A stretch of DNA of 47,720 bases from Neoconidiobolus thromboides FSU 785 (GCA_025603075.1 MU626408.1:1-47720); one strand, 5' to 3'; positions 12,046-23,418 are shown, counted from the stretch's first letter. The notes: generated from the sequence alone by a model not told the origin. A program made the numbers and translations.

Positions 12046-12648
12046 CTTTCTTTTATAATTTTGCAATCTAATACTATTTTTCATTTAATATTTTGTTTGC
12101 TTTTTATATAACATAAAAATTGAAAAATATTAAATTCTAAACAAAAAAGACCTGCTTGAAATAAAACTAAAGCTGCTTCTAGATGACCAAATCTGATTCA
12201 AGATTGTTTTACAGCTCCTTCAACTCTATTGTGACCTAATTTGAAGTAATCTTTAAAGCTAGCTAACTTTTTATTTGGCTTTTTTAAACCTAATCTTTAG
12301 ATTTTAATCTAACTTTAGTAAAATTTTACTCTAAAATGAACAGTTACTTAGATCACAACAGAATCATAGCAGCTGTAGGCTTAAAATCATAAGTTAATGA
12401 TAATCTCATACTTGGAAATTGAAAGTTTGTAAACAAAGTTAAAATCAAACTATTTAAAATCTTTATATAGAAAAATCGAATGAACAAAAAATAAAGAGGT
12501 CAAAGCAGATAGATCCCAGTTTTTAATTATTGAATTATTTTTAGAAGCCTGATTATAAAAACCAAAAAGGTGACTGTTTTTTATGATAGTGGAATAAAAA
12601 TGATTCTACATAAGAGTAAAAATAATGTAGGTCATTGCAAATATAGAG

Positions 12649-12744
12649 CCAATGAAAGCAAGTTAGGAAAAGAGTGCCAATAATGAGAATAAAAAATTCA
12701 AGGTTGATCAAATCAAATAAAAATATTCTTTAGAGAAGGCCAAT
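12649..12744 (+). promoter_or_regulatory. Three CCAAT boxes upstream of the Yippee-like gene
   Basis: gagCCAATga (12649), gtgCCAATaa (12677), aggCCAATga (12740), 100-200 bp before ATG 12846. Confidence 0.45.
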
Positions 12745-12845
12745 GAAATAATATGCAGAAAACCTACGCAATTAGTATATTAGTTAGCTGAGTCTAAGTC
12801 AAAAAATTAAACGTTGAACAAATTCTATTTTCCAATTTATTTAAA

Positions 12846-13473
12846 ATGGGTCAGATTTACAGACAATATTTATCCGGATCAAAGGTGTTTGCCTGCAGTG
12901 GGTGCAATACTCATTTGACTACAGTTGACCTTATAGTTTCAAAGGCAAGCATTAGTTGATACTTTTAGTATAATAATTACTATAGCTTGACGGAATCTAA
13001 TATTAACTTTGAAAAATAAATCAAACGAAATCGTATTAACAATTAGTTTTTAGGCCTTTCAAGGACAACATGGACAAGCTTATCTATTTAAGAAAGTGTA
13101 AGTTTTATACTTATTTCATTATTATACTATAGATATTTCTTTAAAATAACTTTTTTATCAATATTTTATGAATATTAACTGTTTTTTAAAGGGTAAACGT
13201 GGATTTTGGAGAAGCTGCTGATCGCCATATGACCACAGGACTACATACTGTTAGAGACATTGTTTGTAATACTTGTGGAGAAGTATTAGGTTGGAGTTAT
13301 GTAAGTATATTAATTATCCTAAATAGTATTAGTGCTATTACATTCTACTTAATACTATAAAAAAATATGATTTACTTATGCTTAAATTTTAGATTAAGGC
13401 ATACGAAGAGTCACAGAAGTATAAAGAGGGAATGTTTATTCTTGAAAAGCAACTTTTAACCACAATAAATTAA
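12846..13473 (+). CDS. Yippee/MOH1-family zinc-binding protein, 4 exons; not in the ORF track
   Basis: Spliced: [33 protein letters not shown]|[15 protein letters not shown]|[36 protein letters not shown]|[26 protein letters not shown]. Confidence 0.93.
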
Positions 13474-14341
13474 AGGTTAGAAATAGAATGCTAATAGAAT
13501 ACGCATATTTGGCGTTAGACATTACCACTATAATTGCATCTATTCGTATTCAATAATTTAAGTCACTAATTTCTTCATTTTACTCTAGTTTATCATCTTA
13601 ACTCATCTGTACTCTTTATTATAGGAATTAATATCATTTCCTCTTTTGTTCTCCTTGTTTCGTATCATTTGAACCTTACCCTCCTGCTTTTATGACATCA
13701 TAAAGTACACACTTTTTCACAAATGCAGCATGGATTAATTCTTTTTTTTACATACAATTAAATTAAGCCTTTATTATGCATTTATATACTATATAATTAA
13801 GTTCGAAGGAGTTGATATCTCAATTTATTACATATACTATTACTTAATTAAAATCTAACTATTATACTAAATTAATTAACATTATTCTTAACAGTTTTGA
13901 TTTTATTATTAGCCCGAAAAATTATAATTACCTAATAAATTAAATAAATCTGTAACCCAAAAAATACAATTACTGTAGCTAATATATATAGATTACAGTT
14001 AACAAAGGCTTAAACTAGCTCATATTATACTATAACAAAAACACAATTCTTCAAGCTATTGTTGAATATTTAGAAAAGAGTAATTTATTTATATATAAAC
14101 TTTTGCTCATAAGAGCTTAGTAAATAATGAATTTCTTTAAGCTTTTAATATGGAAGAAATAAGTTAACTGTTGAATTTAGCATCAAAAATTATACTTATA
14201 TTTTTAAATATTATTTAAATCTATGGATTAAACTAAAAAAGATACATGTTTTACAACAACATAAAATTCTTGCTTTATTTTTAATTTTCTATCTGTTATT
14301 TGATAAGCAACCAAGGCAATTATAATAAAGAAAAATGAAAA

Positions 14342-14445
14342 TATGGGGATATATTTTTGTATTTAAGAATTTTACTAACAATTTTTCCACGTAAATAGCG
14401 CTTAAAAGATGGAAAAAGTAATGAAGAAAAAAAAACATCCCCATA
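14342..14445 (+). mobile_element. Hairpin repeat copy F (near consensus)
   Basis: TA-TGGGGATAT...tagcgcttaaaagatggaaaaagtaatgaag...ACATCCCCA-TA. Confidence 0.9.
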
Positions 14446-14513
14446 TGTTAGCATATTTTTAGGCTTATCTAATCGCAAACTGTCAAATAATTTATTTAAA
14501 GGAAATTGACTGG

Positions 14514-14585
14514 GGAGGGTTGGCGTATTGATTTAACGCTAAATCTTCAGCTACCCAGGTCTCTAGTTCGAATTCATTCAATCTT
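14514..14585 (+). pseudogene. Highly decayed tRNA-like sequence
   Basis: Paired D-arm TG-GCGT-ATTGATTTA-ACGC and B-box-like AGGTCTCTAGTTCGAATTC at tRNA-like spacing; anticodon and acceptor stems do not pair. Confidence 0.4.
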
Positions 14586-14788
14586 GATCTAAGATAGTGA
14601 AGAGGTTTAATCAATTGTTACTCCGCTGTGGAAACTTTAGATTATGCTCAATAGAAATCTTGATGATAACAACTCGTCTTGTACATACCTTTGGTTATTT
14701 GTAAATATTTCTTTATTGAATTACATGTTCAAAAGAGGAAAAAGAGACACAAATGCATTCAAATTATTTATATTCTAATAAAACTTAC

Positions 14789-14890
14789 TATGGGATGTAT
14801 CCTTTTGCTTAATAATCCTACTAACAATCTTTCCACTCAAATAACGCTTAAAAATTGGAAAAATAATGAAACTAGAAAAACACCTTCCTA
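14789..14890 (+). mobile_element. Hairpin repeat copy G
   Basis: tatgggatgtat...ctactaacaatctttccactcaaataacgcttaaaaattggaaaaataatgaaac. Confidence 0.8.
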
Positions 14891-14902
14891 CATTGAGGAA
14901 TA

Positions 14903-14964
14903 GCGTATGTAGTATAGCGGTAGAATACCTGGCTACCATAGGAGAGATCTGGATCCAAGCTCCC
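14903..14964 (+). pseudogene. tRNA-Gly-like pseudogene (anticodon reads ACC)
   Basis: GCGTATG-TA-GTAT-AGCGGTA-GAAT-A-CCTGG-CT ACC AT-[CC]AGG; T-arm decayed and 3' acceptor strand missing. Confidence 0.6.
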
Positions 14965-15174
14965 TTTCGAAAAGCTCAAAGTTTATAAATATTATATTCT
15001 CTATATTTTAAAAAGAACTCAGGTCATCACAATTTGTTAATATTTATAATTACTACCATTTCAAATAAAGTTTGCTCTATAAAATAACAAAATACAAATC
15101 AAATGTTATGTGAAACGGAAAACAAATAGCAAGGAAATAAAAAACAGATGGATTTAGCAAAACATTTCAATGTA

Positions 15175-15276
15175 TATGGTGATATATTTTTGTATTTAAG
15201 AATTTTACTAATAATCTTTCCGCTGAAATAGCGCCTAAAAATGGAAAAGTAATGAAACCGAAAAAATATCCCCATG
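15175..15276 (+). mobile_element. Hairpin repeat copy H
   Basis: tatggtgatat...ctttccgctgaaatagcgcctaaaaatggaaaagtaatgaaacc...atatcccca. Confidence 0.88.
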
Positions 15277-15469
15277 TATTTATTGTAACTGAGTACTAGA
15301 CCATACCAGTTGAAATTAACTAAATAATGATAATGTGATACTAAATGGAAGTATATAAAGCTAAAATCGTTATCAACAATTATAAACAAGACCATTTCAA
15401 ATTTTGTAAAATTTATATAGCGTTATTTATTAATAAAGACATGAAAAAGATAGAACGATAACAGTAAAA

Positions 15470-17039
15470 TTAGAGTATATATCTGAACCCTTGAGCAATG
15501 GCCATTCTATCAAAGGCTTCTTCTTTATCAGAGATTACTTGATCCATTTCATCTAATTTTCTGTTTTCAACTTTAAACCTCCATTTAAGGATAAGGGCAG
15601 TAATAATCGTAAGGGATAAAAACCCAATGTTAGTAGAATGAGAAGGAATGTAGGTAGGTGCTTCGCTTGCTCTATAAAATTGGCCAGATAAAATCCCACC
15701 TATATTACCAAAAGAAATAATCATAGCAGTAACCGTAGCAGATTTTGTAGATCCTATAGTATTATTGTTTGACCAAGATAAGGTAGGAGGTAAACAAGTA
15801 GCAATTCCAACAGTAGCTATGATAACTCCAAAATATTTCACGGGTATACTGGAAGCAGCTACTAAAATTACAAAGCCGATTAAAGCTAAAGTAGCTGAAC
15901 ATGCTACATGGTAACCCCTTTCCATTATTCTGTCAGAATTCCATGCTGAAGCCATAGTAATAAAAAAGGCAATAGCATAAGGTGGTACGGTAAGTAAGAA
16001 AGAGCTTACTTTAGAAAAGCCCATATTATTGACAATGGTTGGCATTAATAATGCTAAAGAGTACAATGGACATACAAAACCGATATAACACAACATATAT
16101 AAATAGGTTTTATAATCCTTAAAAGCAGAAATAAACTGAGCTTTATCAAATTTTTTGGATTCAACTTCAACGTGACTTGCAATTAACCTTTGCTTTAAAA
16201 ACTCTTTTTCCTCTTCAGTTAACCACTTTGCAGTTTGAGGTGAAGAAGGCATAATAAACCTGGTAACTTGTAAACAAAAAATTATATACCAAAATAATAT
16301 ATTACCATGTAAGAACGCCTAATAAAACAGTAGGCAAACCTTCAATAATAAAAATCCATTGCCAAGATTTCAAGCCACCGCTGTTATCTAAATAATCGAT
16401 TCCATATGCGATAAGGCCACCGAAAGCGCCAGCTAATGAAGAAGCTGAAAAGAAAAAAGCTATTCTAACCCCTTGCTCTGAGCGTGTATACCAAAAGCTT
16501 AAATAAAAGATAATTCCTGGGAATAAACTAAATTTAAAATTTTAATGTTATTTTCCTTGCTATCATCCTGATACTTACCCAGCTTCGGCAATACCCAAGA
16601 AAAAACGACCAGCTAATAAACCGGAGAAATTTGTGACTGCTGCTAAACACATTGTCACTACGCCCCAAGTGATCATAATACGAGCAATCCAAATTGGCGG
16701 AGAAGTCCTTTTCATCATCAGATTTGAAGGAACCTCAAATAAAACATAACCTAAAATAAGAAGGAATATAAAATATTAGCTAAAATAAGGATAAATTCAG
16801 TTACCTATAAAGAAAATGCTTAAACACCAACTGAATTCGTCTTGAGTCAAGTTTAAAGCTTTTTCTAACCCATATAAACGAGCATGGCCAATATTAACTC
16901 GATCCAAAAATGAAAACATATAAAGTAACGATAAATAGGGTATTAACCTTAAATCCATTTTCCATAAAAACTTTTTCAAATCAATATTACTCTCATTATT
17001 CACAGCTACCTCTCTGGACTCTATTTCTTTTGCTTCCAT
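15470..17039 (-). CDS. MFS transporter, anion:cation symporter (Dal5/Tna1-like) family, multi-exon
   Basis: KMDLRLIPYLSLLYMFSFLDRVNIGHARLYGL; FLLTVPPYAIAF; SDRIMERGYH; IISFGNIGGILSGQFYRASEAPTY; ATG at 17039. Confidence 0.9.
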
Positions 17040-17733
17040 TTGATGCAATTTAAGTAAAAAATTTAATTTTACAAGATTCCATTGTTTCTCTTATATATTG
17101 TTGTTTCGTTGTGCATGTTTACTTCAATTTATTTAAAGAATTTGTTGTTGATGAGCGTGATTTTTTTTTATTACTATTTCTAGTCAGCGTGTGAATAATA
17201 GTTATCATTTGATGATAATTTGATTGGAGAACTGTTTTGGGCAAGCTAATTTGATTGATATTTTATGTAAGATTATCTAAATCCCTTATTAAATATATTG
17301 ACAATAGTGTATGACTATTCTATTTTAATTCATATAAATAATCATACTATTCCTTACTTTAAAATATTTATAAGTACTATAACTTGATCAGTGCTTATTA
17401 AAATAGTATAAAACTTCTTATGGTTTATCTTTATTTTATTTAAAAGTTCACTTGCCTTTTAATTTTTTAAATCACGATTAAACTGATTTTTTGATCATAA
17501 ATTTGAAGTTCTTGATAATAAATGCCAACTCAATGCTCATTCTAATTTTGGCAACTTGAATAGTATATTTGTGGTGATTCCATCATTCTGTCTATTAGAG
17601 GAGCTTCACAAGTTGTTTTATAGCTCTACTATTATATATGTTTCGATTTTATCCTTTCAACTTTCAAGGCTGAGGTGCCTTTCATGTGAGATAAAAAAGA
17701 GCAAAGTGTTTATAAATCTTTTGTATATAAGGA

Positions 17734-17836
17734 TATGGGGATGTATTTTTGCGTTTAAGAATTTTACTAACAGTTTTCCCACTCAAATAGTGCTTAAAAA
17801 AGGGAAAAAGAATGAAACTAAAAAAACAGCCCCATA
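17734..17836 (+). mobile_element. Hairpin repeat copy I
   Basis: TA-TGGGGATGT...ttttactaacagttttcccactcaaatagtgctt...ACAGCCCCA-TA. Confidence 0.9.
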
Positions 17837-17993
17837 TTGTTTTTATTCGAAAGCCGTTTAAAATAAAATATTCCTTTAAAGTCTTAAAGCTTTGATATCT
17901 ATAAATAATCATTTTAAATTAACTATAAAGCTAAACAATAAATGTCTAGAGATAAAGAATCTGCATTGAAAAATGATATCTCACAATATAATA

Positions 17994-18097
17994 TATGGGG
18001 ATGCATTTCCTTGTTTAAGGATTTACTTGGAATCTTTCTGCTCAAATAGTACTTAAAAGATGGAAAAAAGGATGAAGCCAAAAAAAACATGTTTATA
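17994..18097 (+). mobile_element. Hairpin repeat copy J (first unit of a tandem dimer)
   Basis: tatggggatgc...ctttctgctcaaatagtacttaaaagatggaaaa...acatgtttata. Confidence 0.85.
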
Positions 18098-18199
18098 TTG
18101 AGATGTATTTTTATGTTCAAGAATTTTACTAATAATTTTTCTGCTCAAATAATGCTTGAAAGATGGAAAAAGTAATGAAGCCAAAAAAACATCCCCATA
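18096..18199 (+). mobile_element. Hairpin repeat copy K (shares TA 18096-18097 with J)
   Basis: tattgagatgt...ttctgctcaaataatgcttgaaagatggaaaaagtaatgaagcc...acatccccata. Confidence 0.88.
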
Positions 18200-18616
18200 T
18201 AGTGATTTAGCACATCAATGTTTAAGAGTAACGTTTAATAGTTAGTACATAATTCAGCTAATAATAACATTTTTTCCACTTTGGTTAGATTTGATTTTTT
18301 AAAATGTTTAAAACAGTATCTTTTAAATGGAGATTCATATCAACTTTCATGGTTCATAATGCTAACCAGCTTAAAATAACACGAATGTTTTTAGCTCTGG
18401 TTGTCTTTGAATTGCTTTTTATTTAAATGGTATTCAATCTCTTTTGATATTTTTTATCTTCAAAATCTTCAAAAATAATACAACACTAATCTTAATAGCT
18501 TTAAAAAATTCACTATTCATACCAAGTTTAACAATTGTAAATAGTTATAAATGCTATTGCTTCTGAAGCTAAGACTTATTTATTGGAAGACATTTTATGG
18601 CTCCAACAAATAATGT

Positions 18617-18718
18617 TCTGAAGGTATTTTTATGTTTGAAAATTTTACTAACAATTTTTCTGCTCAAATAGTGCTTAAAAGATGAAAAAAGTGATGAAGC
18701 CAAAAAAATATCTCCTGT
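18617..18718 (+). mobile_element. Hairpin repeat copy L
   Basis: ttttactaacaatttttctgctcaaatagtgcttaaaagatgaaaaaagtgatgaagcc; ends decayed. Confidence 0.8.
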
Positions 18719-19391
18719 CATTTCCTAAATCGAAATTTTAATTCAACTTATATCTAGAATAGGTATATTGAGTTGAAGGATATACTTTTAGATGGTATAA
18801 ATTTAATCTAAGGACTTGGTCTAGGTAGAAAGGTTTAAGTTTTAATAATAAAGGTTAACATATTGTAAATATAACTGTAGTACAATGATTATGTTATAAA
18901 GTTTATATTCGTTTATTTCAAATTAAAGCTAGAGTAAATAATAATATTGAATCAAAATGTTTAATGTCAAAGCTATTATTAACATAAAGATTTGTAAAAC
19001 ACCCAAATGTAAGTAATTGAAAGCTATAAATAATTAGTTTATATATTGCAAAACTAAAAGTGTTTTAAAAAATTAATACTGACACGAAATATACCGAGCA
19101 AAATATACGCCATATGCAATAATACTGTTTTGAACCTCATTTTTTGATAGATTTTTAAATAGATACTTTCTGTAAACAAACTTAATATTATTTAAAATTA
19201 TCTTTTGGAGTCCAACAATAAAAGTATATATGTTTGCGAAAACAGCTGATTAAATATATATTTATGAGGTATAAAAGGTGTTGTTGTAAGGCCCTAAATA
19301 AATGATGTTTCGATATCCTTACTGGGCAAAACATTTATTATGGGTAAGAGACATAATTTAGAAAAGCCCATTAAAGTTGACTTTTAGCTCT

Positions 19392-20145
19392 TTAGATGAG
19401 CTCCATATGAGTGTGGATTGGGAATTCAAATACAGCATCTTTACCAGTAAGTTTCTTGTAAACAGCTCCAAAAGTATCTAATTTATGTTCTTGAGAAGTG
19501 GTATCTTTGGTGTCAAGGAAACTAAGAAAAATTAAAATCTTATAAAAAAATAATAGAAGGTAATATTTACACTTTGATAAGACGAGATCCATCAACTTTG
19601 TGCTTGATACGTTTACCAACAATTTCAGTTGGGTAAGCGAGATCTTCAAGAATAGCGTCATGGACGGCAGTTAAAGTACGAGAGCGTGGGCGTGGTTGTT
19701 TAGTTGAGGTCTTACGGGATGGTTTTGGAAGAATACGACGTTGAGCAACAAAGAGAACATGACGATCGGAGAATTTCTTTTCGAGTTCACGAGTTAAACT
19801 GAATTGGTTGTTAAAAAAAAATCCAATTACAAAAGATAAAACTTACCGAACTTGAACTTTGTTGAATTGCTTCTTGAGAGGGATTGGGAAGAAAATTACA
19901 ATAGCGAATCTTCCAGCTCCAATTTCAATCTTAATTTAAAACTGTAAATACTTATGAACAAACTCTAAAAGAATTGAAAATCTATTTTTAATTACCTCTT
20001 TAGCAGTGTTAATTTGAAGAGGACGAAGGTCTTTTTTAAGTTCTGGGTTGTTTTTTTCAAGGTCAATGAGAGCTTGAGCAACGTTGAGCTCGAGTTCAGT
20101 AGCCTTAACGTCAGCGGCCTTTACGATCTTGTGTTCTGCAGACAT
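19392..20145 (-). CDS. RPS7: 40S ribosomal protein S7 (eS7), multi-exon
   Basis: [38 protein letters not shown]..; [10 protein letters not shown]; [22 protein letters not shown]. Confidence 0.97.
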
Positions 20146-21845
20146 GATTTTATTTGTTTCGTTAATTAGCAACTACAAAAAACTTGATCAGCTTATTTAT
20201 TCTCGAATTTCATCATCTTCAATTTCATTTATTGATCATTAATTATTTAAATTCTAATACATCCATCAATGTTTCATATAATCATATCCATATTGTAATA
20301 TTTACTGCTGATATCTTTTCATTATATATACTTATTATCCTTTGTTTTGCATTTTAAAATTGTTCATCTTAGTTGATCTCGTTTTTTATTTTTCACTTTC
20401 TTTATGCTCTAATAACATCATAGTAGGTTAAAATACTTACTATAAGCTTTTGCTTTGTTTTGCTTGACTAAAAATCCACTTGAAGGGAAAAGAAAGAATT
20501 GGGTGCTATTATAATATCTATTTCTACATTCAAGTCGAATATGTATATACAAATATACAATTCATAGAATACGTTATGCCCAATCAGCTAAATCGTGTTT
20601 TGAAATTACCACTTTTAATTGGACAATCAAATTTAGACTTAATTAAACAATTTAAGCCACCAAACGTAATATATTTTATAATACATGTAAAAGTAGTAAT
20701 TAAGCAAATTTAAAATTATTAGGAGCGCTAACCTTGATAGGATAATCATAAAAAATATATTATAATAATTAAAGTATTAGTTGATCTTATTTGATATAAA
20801 ACCAATTTATAGCATATGGTCATAGTTTTGAAAGATCAATTTTTTCTCATATCAACGATTTAATTTCGATATTTAATTAAACTTAAATTAAATTTTAGAT
20901 CAACTATTCTAACATGTTAATATCATAATTACTCTTAATTTAAATAATTTAATTTGAGTTTTTTATTTTATCATTTTTGATATTCAATTATTGAAAAACT
21001 TTATATTTATATTGGCAATAGTAAATATTGAGCATCAAGTTCCTAATAAGAGCATATTTTTTTATGGATTTGGTTAATATTTTCAATTTTAAACCATTAA
21101 AAACTGGTCAAAATGTTGAAACAAAGGACTCATCCTAACAAAATTATTAGGTCTGTTGAAAAAAGTATTTAATTAAGTCAAAAACATATGTTAACTTTTA
21201 TATGAATATTTGTAAAAATCCTAAATCGCTCAAAAATTGTTTATCATGGACAGTAGCAGACATGTTCTATAATTGATATTATAACACTATAACCTCTTCT
21301 GCTTTTAGATAATACATTCATTTGAACTAAAAAAGCTGATCTTTTTGTACACTATTAAAAAGATTGATAAAAAATTTCAGGGATATATTTAGTATTATCC
21401 GCGAACTATGCAGAATAATAAATCTATTTACTACTAAAATAATAGTAGATTGTTCTATTGTTTTCTGTAACAATTAAATCGACATAATATAAAAAATGAG
21501 ATTAAAATCAAGAATTTAGCGTAAAAATGAGATAAAATAAATAAACTTTTTATTAAGTTTTAATTTCATATCTTTAAAATAAACAATTATATGATTTTAC
21601 ATTATTTGATCAGCGTGGTTAGGTTGGTAAAAAAAAAGGAGACATAACCAATCAGCAGCTTTGTATCTCATTAAACTTTTGGCATAACTAAAATTAAGAA
21701 CTAAAAGTTTAATTATATACCAAATATAGCAGGTGTTAAAAAGGAGTGAGGTAATGCTCCTTGAACTTAAATAAGGGGTAAACGAGCAAAACTAACTCAA
21801 TAAAAAAAAAAAAAAAACTACTTTTATTTCAATTAATCTTACAAG

Positions 21846-23183
21846 ATGACTAAGACAAGTAAAAAAGAGCTAAACATTGATACGAAACAGCAATTAAAAA
21901 ACATGCCTTCAATCTCAAGTATAGGGTCCCCAGGCTCAGTATATGACCAATACTTTGATGCTTTTAATGATAGTTCTATTCATTCTCCGAACTTTTTACC
22001 AAACCAAGCGTTACGTTTAACTCACAAGAAATCATCCATGAATGGATATCCAGTGATTAGTTTTGACTCAAATCAACCTTATGACAATGAATCTGATGTG
22101 TACGATGACATGATCAGCTTACCTTCTGCGTCATTAGATGTTTCATCAAAGCAACTCAAAAACAAAAAGATAAATGATGATCTTAAGCAAAAGAAGCTTA
22201 ATAGAGATAGGGTTTCAATTATTAAGGAAGAGGAGGAGATAGTTGAGCCTCAAGAGGAAGAAACAGAGCCTGAGGAAGAAGTTGAACCAGAGCCAAAATC
22301 AGAGGAAATAGTAGCTAAGGAAGATACTAGCACCAGTAAGACTAAAAATAAAGAAAAAGAAGTAGCACAGTTGAAGTCAGATGAGAAGCGTAAATCAGTA
22401 AATAAGAAAGAGAAAGCAAAGCCAGAAACAAAACAAGTAAGACAAGAGAAAGAAGAAGAAGAAGAAGAAGAAAAAGAAGAAAAAGAAGAAAAAGAAAAAG
22501 AAGAAGAAGAAAAACCTGTTGTGAAAGATAGCAATAAAAAGACAAAACAAAAAGAAGTGATGGAAGAAAAAGATAGCAAAGAAGAAGAGAATAATGAACC
22601 AGAGAAAGAAAAAGGAGAGGAAGAAGAGGAGGAAGGTGATGGCGAAGATGGGATATTTGATTATTATGATATATTAGGACTTGAAAAGACAGATGATATT
22701 GAAGAAATTATTAATCAGTTTAAAAAGGAGGTGGTGTTAGCTGGGTTTAGTAGGAATAGTGAAGAAGGACAAGCGAGGATCAAAGAGTTAACGGAAGCGT
22801 ATGTTGTTTTAGGCAACTTGGAGAACAAACTTAATTATGACAAGACCATCGAGTTAGAGGATATGTCATTAGTAGAGTTATGGAAGCCCAAAGAAGCATA
22901 TGATCCGGATGACATATTTTCCCAAGTCTTTGAAGAACCTATTAAGAAAGAGTTGTTTAAACCAGAGTATTATTTCACACCCATGTCTTATGTGGCTGGA
23001 GCTATCATTGGGTTCATTTTATTCTCTTGGCCTGGATTAATTATTTTTGCCTATTTTTGTGGTAAAGTGGGTGATTGGGAGGATAATCGTTGTCCCCCTT
23101 CAAGAGAGCTTATTGGTAAATTATCGGATAATCAAAGAAATGCTTTGCTCCATGCTATGTCTAGATATATGCCTAAAGATTAA
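21846..23183 (+). CDS. E/K-rich protein with a degenerate J-like domain (no HPD) and a C-terminal hydrophobic segment
   Basis: 445-aa intronless ORF; FDYYDILGLEKTDDIEEIINQFKKEVVLAGFSRNS..IKELTEAYVVLGNLENKLNYDK aligns to the J-domain pattern; TM-like YVAGAIIGFILFSWPGLIIFAYF. Confidence 0.75.
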   Translation: MTKTSKKELNIDTKQQLKNMPSISSIGSPGSVYDQYFDAFNDSSIHSPNFLPNQALRLTHKKSSMNGYPVISFDSNQPYDNESDVYDDMISLPSASLDVSSKQLKNKKINDDLKQKKLNRDRVSIIKEEEEIVEPQEEETEPEEEVEPEPKSEEIVAKEDTSTSKTKNKEKEVAQLKSDEKRKSVNKKEKAKPETKQVRQEKEEEEEEEKEEKEEKEKEEEEKPVVKDSNKKTKQKEVMEEKDSKEEENNEPEKEKGEEEEEEGDGEDGIFDYYDILGLEKTDDIEEIINQFKKEVVLAGFSRNSEEGQARIKELTEAYVVLGNLENKLNYDKTIELEDMSLVELWKPKEAYDPDDIFSQVFEEPIKKELFKPEYYFTPMSYVAGAIIGFILFSWPGLIIFAYFCGKVGDWEDNRCPPSRELIGKLSDNQRNALLHAMSRYMPKD

Positions 23184-23314
23184 TATTTATAAACTTTACT
23201 ATTTATTTTTTCATTAAATTTTCATTTTTGTTATAAGCTTTTTTATTTTTCTAATTAAAAAGGAAGTTTTTTGTTTCTATTTTCATTTTTATTAGATATA
23301 GTAATAATTGAGTA

Positions 23315-23418
23315 TATGGAGATTTTTTTTTGGTTTCATCACTTTTTCTATCTTTTAAGCGCCATTTGAGCAGAAAAATTATTAATAAAATCCTTAAACA
23401 CAAAAATGTATCCCCATA
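23315..23418 (-). mobile_element. Hairpin repeat copy M
   Basis: TA-TGGAGAT...ttttaagcgccatttgagcagaaaaatt...ATCCCCA-TA. Confidence 0.88.

Noticed and set aside
14679-18120. Short ORFs 14679..14903, 15099..15395, 17556..17861, 17682..17912 and 17923..18120 that share peptide similarity (e.g. TNxxxTQIxLKxxKxNET)
   Set aside because: The shared peptide is just the translated hairpin repeat; most start at TTG or lack consistent ends, and the frame is not preserved among copies.
19295-19380. Possible C/D-box snoRNA downstream of RPS7 (ATGATG with a weak terminal stem)
   Set aside because: No D box (CTGA) at a suitable distance; imperfect stem.
21050-21140. Possible very degenerate extra copy of the hairpin repeat (also a TIR-like fragment near 40181..40200)
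   Set aside because: Similarity is limited to T/A runs; core motifs (TACTAAC, CTCAAATAG, TGGAAAAAG) are not recognisable.
22250-22579. Ser/Phe-rich antisense ORFs
   Set aside because: Reverse complement of the GAA/AAA-rich E/K tract; such tracts lack stops by composition.
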